NCBI GenBank assembly: GCA_964528115.1
Contig: CAZGRJ010000002.1
Coordinates: forward strand, 1 to 42,298
Origin: an uncultured Nitrospirales bacterium
GTDB taxonomy: Bacteria; Nitrospirota; JACRHL01
Length of the DNA stretch: 42,298 bases
Direction: 5' to 3'
Shown here: piece by piece, positions 34,826-42,298 of the stretch
Layout: the number at the start of each line of letters is the position of its first letter
Position numbering within the stretch: the first letter of the stretch is position 1
The notes under the pieces: generated by a model
Database searches by the model: none
What the model was told of the DNA's origin: nothing
Seen by the model: only the letters and a program-made list of their open reading frames with translations
Program-made: the position numbers and the translations under genes

Positions 34826-35302
34826 CTAGTAGGGGATGTAGGTCCGGGTCTCCCGGTCCGCCCACAGGCGGTGCAGGCGGGAGGCGGCGCCCGACCGGCC
34901 GAAGCTCCGCTCGGTCCCGTCGGCGGAGATGACCCCCACGGTCTCCTCGACCCGCCCGCCGGCCAGCCACCGTTCCTCCCGGTAACGGCCCAGGATCACG
35001 GCCCGGGCGATTCGAGTGATCTCCTCGGCCAGGGTGGGCGCGCCGTCCCCCCGGCGGACGGGCAGCTCGGCGAACACCTCGCCGAACCCCATGTGGACCC
35101 ACGGCTCGCCCTCGGCCAGGAGGAAGCCGAGGGACGCGGCCTCCGGGTGGTGCGGGGTCACCGTGAGGCGGGTGAGGCCGTCCTGCTCGTCCCGCGCGAC
35201 GTCGGCCCGTCCCGGGCAGAGCTCCGCGACGACCCGCTCGATGGTCTCCAGGACCTGGGCGACGACGGCGGGGCCGACCTGGGTGGGTGCGTCAACGGCC
35301 AT
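34826..35302 (-). CDS. Hypothetical 158-aa protein
   Basis: ORF 34826..35302 with an ATG start. It is in the same orientation as its neighbours and tightly packed with them. I recognise no motif. A GGGCGGG-N5-CCCGCCC hairpin (34808-34826) abuts its stop codon. Confidence 0.6.
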   Translation of the reverse strand: MAVDAPTQVGPAVVAQVLETIERVVAELCPGRADVARDEQDGLTRLTVTPHHPEAASLGFLLAEGEPWVHMGFGEVFAELPVRRGDGAPTLAEEITRIARAVILGRYREERWLAGGRVEETVGVISADGTERSFGRSGAASRLHRLWADRETRTYIPY

Positions 35303-35383
35303 GTGGAATGGACTTTCCCTCGGGAAGAGCCCGGACGGGGCCCCCTAGGGTCGTTTCGGCAGGTCGGAGCGGGACGGAAAGAC

Positions 35384-35399
35384 ACCGGGCCGTCCCGGT
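35384..35399 (-). terminator. Weak terminator-like hairpin after the PKD/DUF1566 gene
   Basis: On the minus strand, ACCGGG-ACGG-CCCGGT is followed by GTCTTTCC. An alternative pairing, GGGACGG/CCGTCCC, overlaps it. The stem is short and the U-tract poor. Confidence 0.3.
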
Positions 35400-35428
35400 A
35401 CGTTTACGCGCCTTGTGCCGAACCGCCG

Positions 35429-37315
35429 TCAGGGGCGCACGCAGCGCAGGTAGCCCAGGTGGGTCGAGACCTTCCCGGTCCCGAAGTCCAGGTAGGCCTG
35501 CTGGTGGGGCGCGCTCGATCCGGAGGCCACGTAGCTGTCGGCCTTGGTGGTGGGGAAGGCCTCGAGGTCGATCTTGGGCGGGTCCGCCCACGGCAGCATC
35601 AACAGGCCCAGTTCCGCGAGGGACGGCACGCGCCAGTCCGTGTACCCGGCCAGGTCCATGCTCTCGCACACGGCGAGGAACTCGTAGTCGCAGCTCCAGC
35701 CGCCGGTGGGGTCGCAGGGGCGCTCGATCACCTCCAGCTGGCTGTACTTGCGCCCGTCGTCCTCCCGCTGCCACAGCTTGCCGCGGGGGGTCTCGAGGAC
35801 CGTCCCGTCGCCCTGGTCGATCAGGTGGGGGCGCACGTGCAGCGCAACACTCGTGGGATCGGACGACGCGGCTCCGTCGGACACCGTCAGGGTGGCGGTG
35901 TAGACGCCCGTGGCGGTGGGCACGAAGCTGAACGTCTCCCCCGTGCCCGTGTAGGTCGCCGGCTCGAGGTAGCACCAGTAGGCGCACAGGCCGTCGAAGG
36001 TGACCTCCCAGGCGTAGGTCAGCGCATCGCCGTCCAAGTCGAAGCTGCCGCTGCCGTCGAGTGCGAACGGCTCGCCCAAATAGCCCTCGCGCGGCGCCGT
36101 GAGGTCGGCGACCGGTGGGACGTTGATGTCGGGAACCGGCGGAACGTTCAGGGTATGCACGTGGGCCACGGCGGGGGCACTGACCAGCTCCCCGTCGTTG
36201 ACCACGAGGGAGAACCGGTATGCCCCCGGCAGGTCGAGGGTGAAGGTGGGCTCGACCGACGTAGGGTCCGACAGGACCGACGTGCTCCCCACCGGGGCCT
36301 CCTCCACGGCCCAGTGGTAGGTGAGCGGATCGCCGTCGGCGTCGCTGCTGGCGGTGGCGTGGAGGGTGAGTGCGGTGTCGTACGGCACCCCGTATTCCCT
36401 CTCGGGGTCGGCGGGACCGTAGTCACCGACGTTGACCACGGCGATCGGCGCCCGGTTGACCAGGGCGGCCGCGTCGGGGACGTGGGCGTCGAACCCGAGT
36501 ACCGCGTACCGGGTCGCCAAGTGGTCCGCCGCCGTCCGCAGGTCCACCACCGCCGCCGCGTCGGCGATCACCTGCGCGGTCGCCGGGTCGCCCACGGCGC
36601 CGTCGTCCTCCAGGTCGGTGGACAGGCTCCCCAGGAGGTCCGTCAGATCCGCCGCGGACGGGGCCGCCGCTTGCAGCACCGCCGAGATGAGGAGCAGGTA
36701 GGCGTCGCCCTCCCCCGACCGGCTCAGGTCCATGTCGTCGTAGTGGCGCATGACGCCGGAGGGGGTGGCGAAGGCGAACGCGGCGTCGATCTCCTCCTCC
36801 GCCCGGGCTTGGGCCTGCTCGAAGGAGAAGCCGTCCGCCACCAGCGCTTTCACCCGGCGCCGGGCCAGGTGGGTGAGCACGTTGACCCGCACGGGCCCCT
36901 GGTCCGACACGTCCACCACGGCGCGCAGCGTGACGGGCTGGTCGGAGAGCGCCCCGCTCACCTCGTCGAAGTAGAAGCCCGTCACCGCCACGTCGACGTA
37001 GCCTCCCGCCAGGACCACCGGCACCGTGAAGGCGCCTGTGTCGTCGTCGGTATCGGTGGTGTACACCCGGCCCGTGGGAGCGAGGGCGTCGTCCAGCTCC
37101 TGGATCGTCACCGACGAGCCCGCCAGGAAGGGCCCCTTCTGGGCCACGCCGGAGAGGGGGAAGGCCGTCCCCCCGCCGGACGAGCCCGACCCCCCGCACT
37201 GGACAAGGGCCAGGGCGGCGACGAGCAGTCCGGCCGTGGCGATGAACGGCGAAAGGCCCCGGGCCGCGCGGCGGCCGGAGGCGTGCGTGGAACGGCACCC
37301 CATGACATCCCCCAT
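35429..37315 (-). CDS. Surface lipoprotein: N-terminal beta-rich region, two PKD-like repeats, C-terminal DUF1566 (Lcl C-terminal-like) domain
   Basis: ORF 35429..37315. Lipobox: LVAALALVQC followed by GGSGSSGGG. Repeats: SDADGDPLTYHWAVEEAP...FSLVVNDGELVS and DLDGDALTYAWEVTF...YTATLTVSDGAASS. The C-terminus GYTDWRVPSLAELGLL...YLRCVRP is DUF1566-like. An alternative ATG lies at 37303. Confidence 0.8.
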   Translation of the reverse strand: MGDVMGCRSTHASGRRAARGLSPFIATAGLLVAALALVQCGGSGSSGGGTAFPLSGVAQKGPFLAGSSVTIQELDDALAPTGRVYTTDTDDDTGAFTVPVVLAGGYVDVAVTGFYFDEVSGALSDQPVTLRAVVDVSDQGPVRVNVLTHLARRRVKALVADGFSFEQAQARAEEEIDAAFAFATPSGVMRHYDDMDLSRSGEGDAYLLLISAVLQAAAPSAADLTDLLGSLSTDLEDDGAVGDPATAQVIADAAAVVDLRTAADHLATRYAVLGFDAHVPDAAALVNRAPIAVVNVGDYGPADPEREYGVPYDTALTLHATASSDADGDPLTYHWAVEEAPVGSTSVLSDPTSVEPTFTLDLPGAYRFSLVVNDGELVSAPAVAHVHTLNVPPVPDINVPPVADLTAPREGYLGEPFALDGSGSFDLDGDALTYAWEVTFDGLCAYWCYLEPATYTGTGETFSFVPTATGVYTATLTVSDGAASSDPTSVALHVRPHLIDQGDGTVLETPRGKLWQREDDGRKYSQLEVIERPCDPTGGWSCDYEFLAVCESMDLAGYTDWRVPSLAELGLLMLPWADPPKIDLEAFPTTKADSYVASGSSAPHQQAYLDFGTGKVSTHLGYLRCVRP

Positions 37316-37412
37316 CCATACGCCCCCGGGTGCCGGGGTGCGCGGATGTTACGTTACACCAAACGGTTCGGAATTTGGATCGGGTTTCTTTGCGTCCCGC
37401 CGCCGCCGGCGT

Positions 37413-37823
37413 CTACGGCTCGCCCATCACCGTGACGCACACGGGCCGCGCCGGCCGGGGCCCGTCGAACTCGCACAGGAAGACGTTCTGCCAGCGCGAC
37501 AGGCCGAGCGCCCCGTCGATGACGGGAATCGTCTCCGAGGGGCCCACGAGGCCGGCCTTCAGGTGGGAATCGCCGTTGTCGTCCTGCCGGTCGTGCAGCC
37601 ACCTCCCGGGGGGGATGAGCGCGTGCAGGAAGTTCACCACGTCGGTCTGCACGCTGTCGTCCCAGTTCTCCTGGATCATGACCGCCGCCGTGGCGCCCTG
37701 GACGTAGACGCTGACGACGCCGTCCTTCACGCCGCTCTTTTGGACCACGGCGCGGACCGGCTCGGTGATGTCGATCAGCTCCTCGCGCCGGGTGGTGGCG
37801 ACGTGGATCACCTCGCGCGGCAC
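37413..37823 (-). CDS. yjbQ: YjbQ/UPF0047 family protein (secondary thiamine-phosphate synthase-like)
   Basis: ORF 37413..37823. The GTG start lies 4 nt after the lon stop. It contains ELIDITEPVRAVV, GVVSVYVQGATAAVMIQENWD, HLKAGLVGPSETIPV, and LSRWQNVFLCEFDGPR. Confidence 0.85.
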   Translation of the reverse strand: MPREVIHVATTRREELIDITEPVRAVVQKSGVKDGVVSVYVQGATAAVMIQENWDDSVQTDVVNFLHALIPPGRWLHDRQDDNGDSHLKAGLVGPSETIPVIDGALGLSRWQNVFLCEFDGPRPARPVCVTVMGEP

Positions 37824-37827
37824 GGCG

Positions 37828-40332
37828 TCAGCCCCGCTCGGTGGGGGGCTTGCGGCGCGGGCGGACGCCGAAGGCCTGACGGGCCACGTCGTCGAAGTTC
37901 TTGGCGTAGTGGATCGTCAGTCCCTCGGTCACGGTGGCGGGCAGCTCGTCCACGTCGTTCTCGTTGCCCTGGGGCAGGATCACCTCCGTGACCCCCAGGC
38001 GCTTGGCCGCCAGGAGCTTTTCGCGCACGCCGCCGATGGGAAGGACCTCGCCGGTGAGGGTCAGCTCGCCGGTCATGGCCACCGGGGCCGGGGCCCGGCC
38101 GAGGGCCAGGGAAAGCAGCACCGTGGCCATGGTTACGCCGGCCGAGGGACCGTCCTTGGGCACCGCGCCCTCGGGGACGTGCAGGTGGACGTAGCGCTTC
38201 TCGTAGAAATCCTTGTCACCCCCGAAACGGCCCAAGTTGGCGGACACGTAGGACAGGGCAATCTCGGCGGACTCCTGCATCACCTTGCCCAGTTGCCCCG
38301 TGAGCTTCAGGCCGCGCTCGTCCGTGTGGACCACGGCCGCCTCCAGGGTGAGGGTGGTGCCCCCCATGGCGGTCCAGGCGAGGCCGGTGGCGAGGCCCAC
38401 GCCGGTCTTCTGGGTCTGGCGCCGGAACCTGGGCTTGCCAATGTACGCCTCCAGGTCGCGCGCCCCCACCTTCACGGGGGCGTCCTCCGGGTGCCCGACG
38501 AGGCGTTTCGCCGTCTTGCGCATGATCTTCTTGAGGTGCTGCTCCACCTGCCGCACGCCGGGCTCGCGCGCGTATTCGTCCACGATGCGGTGAATGGCGG
38601 CGTCGGTGATGCGCACGTCGGCCTTCGTCATGCTGTGGGCCTCGAGCTGCCTGGGCCACAGGTGGCGCTTGGCGATGTCGAACTTCTCCGGCGCGATGTA
38701 GCCGGGCAGGTGGATGATCTCCGCCCGGTCCAGGAGCGGCGGCGGCACCGTGTCGAGGACGTTCGCCGTGAGCAAAAAGAGCACGCGCGACAGGTCGAAG
38801 CGCACGTCCAGGTAGTGGTCGAGGAAGTCCTTGTTCTGCTCGGGGTCCAGGACCTCCAGGAGGGCCGAGGCCGGGTCGCCGCGGAAGTCGGTGCCGATCT
38901 TGTCCACCTCGTCGATCATGATGACGGGGTTGTCCGACTTCACCTGCTTGAGGGCCTGGACGATCTTGCCCGGCATGGCGCCGATGTAGGTGCGGCGGTG
39001 GCCCTTGATCTCGGCCTCGTCGCGCATGCCGCCCACCGAGAAGCGGAAGAACTCGCGCCCCACGGCCTGGGCGATGGCGCGCCCCACGCTGGTCTTGCCC
39101 ACGCCCGGCGGGCCCACGAACAGGATGATGGAGCCGCCGACTTGGCTTTTCTTGGCGCCGACGGAGATAAACTCCAGGATGCGCTCCTTGACGTCCTCCA
39201 GCCCCGCGTGGTCGCGGTCCAGCTCGCGCCGGGCGCGCTTGAGGTCGTACCGGTCGCGCGAGTGCACGCCCCACGGCATGCTGGTGAGCCAGTCCAGATA
39301 GTTGCGGGCCACGCCGTACTCGGGGGAGGCGGGCTCGAGCAGGGAGAGCTTGCGCATCTCCTCGTCGAAGCGCTCCTTCGCCTCGGGCGAGAACTTGAGC
39401 CCCTCGGCCCGCTTGTTCAGGCGCTCCAGCTCCTGGGTCTTCTCGTCCACCTCCATGCCCAGCTCGCGCTGGATCTCGTGGAGCTGCTGGCGCAGGAAGA
39501 AGTTGCGCTCCTGCTTGGTGATGCGCTCGTCGATGCGGCCGCGGATGCGGGTCTGGAGCTTGCCGACCTCCACCTCGCGGTTGAGGAGCGTCAGCACGCG
39601 CTTGAGGCGGTCGAAGATCGGGAAGGTCTCCAGGACCTCCTGCAGCTCGGCCCGGTCGGCGGAGGTGAGGGACGCGGCGAAATCGGCCAGGCGCGCGGGC
39701 TCGCTCGTCCCGAAACGCGACAGGAAGAGCTTGAGCTCCTCCTCGTGCAGCGGGTTGTGCTTGAGCAGCTCCTTGATCGTGTTGATGATCGCGACCGTGT
39801 AGGCGCGCAGCTCCAGGTTGTCCTTGTAGGCCGTCTCCAGGTGGTAGGTGACCCGGGCGCGCAGGGGCACCTCCTTCGTCAGGAACTCGTCCACGCGGAA
39901 GCGCTCGACGCACTCCACCACCAGGTGCAGGCCGTGGCCGGCCACCTCCACCGCCTTGAGGACCTTGGCCACCACGCCCACCCGGTGCATGTTGTCGGGG
40001 ACGAACGGGTCGTCCTCGTCCTTCACCAGTACCAGGCCCACGTGCTGCCGGCCGCTCTCGGCGAGCTGCTGGATGGCGGCCTTCAGGTCCTCGTTCTCGT
40101 AAAGCAGGGGGACGACGAGCCCCGGGAACATGGGGCGCGCAGTGAGGGGCATGATGAGCAGGACCTCGGGCAGCAGGTCCCGGGCCACCACCAGGGACGA
40201 GCCCGGCCCGGACGCCGCCGTGCCGTCGCCCCCGTTGCCGCCGGCGCCTTCCGCGTCCCCGCCGTCTCCATCGTCCCCAGCCCCTTCTCGGGCGACGACC
40301 TCCGGATCGATTGGATCGGTGGTTTCGTCCAT
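37828..40332 (-). CDS. lon: ATP-dependent Lon protease (LonA type)
   Basis: ORF 37828..40332, 834 aa. The Lon N-domain begins LLIMPLTARPMFPGLVVPL. Walker A is GPPGVGKTS and the catalytic Ser block is PKDGPSAGVTMAT. The ATG is preceded by AAGAGG 7 nt upstream. Confidence 0.95.
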   Translation of the reverse strand: MDETTDPIDPEVVAREGAGDDGDGGDAEGAGGNGGDGTAASGPGSSLVVARDLLPEVLLIMPLTARPMFPGLVVPLLYENEDLKAAIQQLAESGRQHVGLVLVKDEDDPFVPDNMHRVGVVAKVLKAVEVAGHGLHLVVECVERFRVDEFLTKEVPLRARVTYHLETAYKDNLELRAYTVAIINTIKELLKHNPLHEEELKLFLSRFGTSEPARLADFAASLTSADRAELQEVLETFPIFDRLKRVLTLLNREVEVGKLQTRIRGRIDERITKQERNFFLRQQLHEIQRELGMEVDEKTQELERLNKRAEGLKFSPEAKERFDEEMRKLSLLEPASPEYGVARNYLDWLTSMPWGVHSRDRYDLKRARRELDRDHAGLEDVKERILEFISVGAKKSQVGGSIILFVGPPGVGKTSVGRAIAQAVGREFFRFSVGGMRDEAEIKGHRRTYIGAMPGKIVQALKQVKSDNPVIMIDEVDKIGTDFRGDPASALLEVLDPEQNKDFLDHYLDVRFDLSRVLFLLTANVLDTVPPPLLDRAEIIHLPGYIAPEKFDIAKRHLWPRQLEAHSMTKADVRITDAAIHRIVDEYAREPGVRQVEQHLKKIMRKTAKRLVGHPEDAPVKVGARDLEAYIGKPRFRRQTQKTGVGLATGLAWTAMGGTTLTLEAAVVHTDERGLKLTGQLGKVMQESAEIALSYVSANLGRFGGDKDFYEKRYVHLHVPEGAVPKDGPSAGVTMATVLLSLALGRAPAPVAMTGELTLTGEVLPIGGVREKLLAAKRLGVTEVILPQGNENDVDELPATVTEGLTIHYAKNFDDVARQAFGVRPRRKPPTERG

Positions 40333-40354
40333 TGCGGAACCTCTTTAATCCGCA
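40333..40354 (-). promoter_or_regulatory. lon leader hairpin presenting the Shine-Dalgarno in its loop
   Basis: The mRNA reads UGCGGA-UUAAAGAGGU-UCCGCA-AUG. The 6-bp arms lie at 40354-40349 and 40338-40333. The SD AAGAGG sits in the 10-nt loop, and the 3-prime arm abuts the start codon. Confidence 0.35.
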
Positions 40355-40481
40355 AAGCGCTCCGCGCAACCCCCACGGGTGGCGCCGCCGTCCATCGGTT
40401 CCCATAATTGTGACCGAAACGGCCGCGGTGGCAAGCGGTTCCGTGCCGCTTCGCCCCGAAACGCGAAGGAGACGCCGCCCC

Positions 40482-41465
40482 ATGCGCGCGATGGTGCTCG
40501 AGCGCCCCGGCACCGCCCTGGTGCCGCGCGACCTGCCCGATCCGAAGCCCGGGCCGGGCCAGGTGACCCTGCGGGTGACCGCCTGCGGGGTCTGCCGCAC
40601 CGACCTGCACGTGGTGGACGGCGATCTGACGGAGCCCAAGCTCCCACTGGTGCCCGGGCACGAGATCGTGGGTCGGGTGGAGGCCGTGGGGGCGGGCGTG
40701 ACCGCCTTCGCGCCGGGGGACCGGGTGGGGGTGCCGTGGCTCGGCCACACCTGCGGGCGCTGCCTCTACTGCCAGTCGGGGCGCGAGAACCTGTGCGACG
40801 CGCCGGGCTTCACCGGCTACACGATCGACGGCGGCTACGCCGAGATGGCGACCGCCGACGCCGCCTACTGCTTCCCCCTGCCCGAGGTCTACGACGACGT
40901 GGAGGCGGCGCCCCTGCTGTGCGCCGGGCTGATCGGGTTCCGGTCGTACCGGATGGTGCCGGACGCCAGGCGCCTGGGGTTGTACGGTTTCGGCGCCGCG
41001 GCCCACATCATCTGCCAGGTGGCGGTGTTCGAGGGCCGCGAGGTATACGCCTTCACCCGTCCCGGCGACGCCCTGGCCCAGGGCTTCGCCCGCTCCCTGG
41101 GGGCCCACTGGGCCGACGGGTCGGACCGGCCGGCGCCGAAGCCCCTGGACGCGGCCATCGTCTTCGCCCCCGTGGGGCCCCTGGTGCCCTTGGGTCTGGA
41201 GGCGGTGGTCAAGGGCGGCACGGTGGTGTGCGCCGGCATCCACATGAGCGACATCCCGGCCTTCCCGTACCGCCTGCTCTGGGGCGAGCGGGTGATCCGC
41301 TCCGTGGCCAACCTCACCCGCGCCGACGGCGAGGCCTTCCTGGAGGTGGCTCCCAGGGTGCCGGTGCACACCCAGACCCAGGTCTACCCGCTCGCCGCCG
41401 CGAACGATGCCCTGGCCGCCCTGCGGGAGGGCCGCCTGACCGGCGCCGCGGTGCTCGTGCCGTAG
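40482..41465 (+). CDS. Zinc-dependent (MDR family) alcohol dehydrogenase
   Basis: Within ORF 40311..41465. ATG 40482 is preceded by GAAGGAG. It contains ACGVCRTDLHVVDG, GHEIVGRVEAVG, and the structural-Zn cysteines CGRCLYCQSGRENLC. Confidence 0.9.
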   Translation: MRAMVLERPGTALVPRDLPDPKPGPGQVTLRVTACGVCRTDLHVVDGDLTEPKLPLVPGHEIVGRVEAVGAGVTAFAPGDRVGVPWLGHTCGRCLYCQSGRENLCDAPGFTGYTIDGGYAEMATADAAYCFPLPEVYDDVEAAPLLCAGLIGFRSYRMVPDARRLGLYGFGAAAHIICQVAVFEGREVYAFTRPGDALAQGFARSLGAHWADGSDRPAPKPLDAAIVFAPVGPLVPLGLEAVVKGGTVVCAGIHMSDIPAFPYRLLWGERVIRSVANLTRADGEAFLEVAPRVPVHTQTQVYPLAAANDALAALREGRLTGAAVLVP

Positions 41466-41507
41466 GCGGCTGCCCGCCCCGGTATACTGGCCTCCCTTCC
41501 GAGACCC

Positions 41508-42298
41508 ATGGCACCGCAAGCCCCCATCGTCTGGCTCGCCTCCTACCCGAAGAGCGGCAACACCTGGCTGCGCTTCCTCCTGCACCACTACCTTTACGGC
41601 GAGGTGACGGCGAGCGCCGACGTGGAGCGCCGCATTCCGGACCTGCACGCCACCGGTCCCGACAAGCTGCCCGTGCCCGACCCCGGTGTGGCCGGCGGGA
41701 CGCTGTTGTGCAAGACCCACCTGGCCCTGACCCCGCGCCACCCGCACCTGGAGCGCACGGCGGGGTTCATCTACGTCCTGCGCCACCCGCGCGACGTAAT
41801 GATGTCGGACCTCAACTACGTGCGCATGACCGCCCCCGACGCGGACAAGGTCACCGACGAGCTGTACGTGACCGAGTTCATCAAGCACATGGGCTCGCCG
41901 GCCTGGCGCCGCGTCGGCGTCGGGACCTGGCCCGAGCACGTGGGGGGCTGGCTGGCGGCGGCGTCCGGGTTTCCCCACGTCCTGATGCGCTACGAGGCGA
42001 TGAAGGCCGACCCCGGCGCCCACCTCGCGCGGGCCCTGGCGCTGCTCGGCGAGACCCCGGACGCGGGGCGCGTGGCCGCCGCCGTGGAGGCCTCCAGCTT
42101 CGAGCGCATGCGTGACCTGGAGGCGAAGGAGCGCGCCGCCGGCACCGAGAGCCCGGTGTTCTCCATCTCGGAGCGCTCCCTCGCGCGCGACCGGGTGTTC
42201 ATGCGCAAGGGGGCCACGTCCGAGTCCCTGGAGCCGTTCGGCCCCGAGCTGGCGCGGGCCTTCGACGAGCGCTTCCGCGAGGTGCTCGGCTTTCTCGG
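41508..42298 (+). CDS. PAPS-dependent sulfotransferase-domain protein (3-prime end beyond the window)
   Basis: It is missing from the ORF track because it has no stop in the window. My translation from ATG 41508 is MAPQAPIVWLASYPKSGNTWLRFLLHHYL...FIYVLRHPRDVMMSD...MRKGATSE.... It has the 5-prime-PSB loop PKSGNTW and a 3-prime-PB-like RHPRD motif. Confidence 0.75.
   Translation, partial: MAPQAPIVWLASYPKSGNTWLRFLLHHYLYGEVTASADVERRIPDLHATGPDKLPVPDPGVAGGTLLCKTHLALTPRHPHLERTAGFIYVLRHPRDVMMSDLNYVRMTAPDADKVTDELYVTEFIKHMGSPAWRRVGVGTWPEHVGGWLAAASGFPHVLMRYEAMKADPGAHLARALALLGETPDAGRVAAAVEASSFERMRDLEAKERAAGTESPVFSISERSLARDRVFMRKGATSESLEPFGPELARAFDERFREVLGFL

Noticed and set aside
35429-35570. Possible diversity-generating retroelement target, given the DUF1566/C-type-lectin-like C-terminus of the lipoprotein.
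   Set aside because: The window contains no reverse transcriptase or Avd-like gene. I could not find a template-repeat copy of the gene's 3-prime end in the adjacent 126-nt spacer or elsewhere by eye. A genome-wide search would be needed to exclude a distant template repeat.
1-42298. Searched for CRISPR arrays, rRNA/tRNA genes, IS elements or integrases, long direct or inverted repeats, and prophage or defence-island hallmarks.
   Set aside because: All intergenic gaps are 260 nt or shorter. None shows tRNA-like cloverleaf potential or spaced repeats. No transposase, integrase, reverse-transcriptase or restriction-type motifs appeared in any frame I read. This eye-only scan cannot exclude small ncRNAs.

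Overview
This is a very GC-rich window (about 70% or more by eye, not computed). Third codon positions are almost all G/C, so the six-frame track is full of long shadow ORFs. About 37 of 41 genes are on the minus strand.

(1) 1-17,802 holds a complete, collinear division/cell-wall (dcw) cluster: mraZ-rsmH-(78-codon ORF)-ftsL-ftsI-murE-murF-mraY-murD-ftsW-murG-murC-murB-ddl-ftsQ-ftsA-ftsZ. ftsZ is cut by the window edge. Most gene junctions overlap by 1-4 nt. Upstream lies a near-consensus TTGACA-N16-TATACT promoter and a cluster of phased GTGGGG (MraZ-box-like) repeats.

(2) 17.9-25.2 kb is housekeeping: a DUF45/YgjP-like metalloprotease, sfsA, map, an acyl-CoA ligase, a hemerythrin-domain protein with a histone-H1-like Lys/Ala/Pro tail, a monothiol glutaredoxin-BolA pair, and an MtaB-like radical-SAM enzyme.

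(3) 25.3-33.7 kb holds an unknown lipoprotein and a tight minus-strand operon: alpha/beta hydrolase-DUF72-giant NAD-glutamate dehydrogenase-alpha/beta hydrolase.

(4) 33.7-37.3 kb is the only accessory-looking patch. It contains a 36-codon membrane micro-ORF behind an 18%-GC island, two unknown small proteins, a Sel1-repeat protein, and a PKD/DUF1566 surface lipoprotein.

(5) 37.4-42.3 kb holds yjbQ, lon, a Zn-alcohol dehydrogenase and a truncated sulfotransferase.

I found no rRNA/tRNA, CRISPR array, transposase/integrase or recognisable defence system. The best candidates for something undescribed are modest:
- the extra, doubly coupled ORF inside the dcw core
- the distal inverted MraZ-box pair
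- the hemerythrin-H1 fusion
- the unknown gene set at 33.7-35.3 kb

Gene order (murB inside dcw, ftsA present) and gene content suggest a high-GC Gram-negative, possibly Myxococcota/Anaeromyxobacter-like. That taxon call is low-confidence inference.
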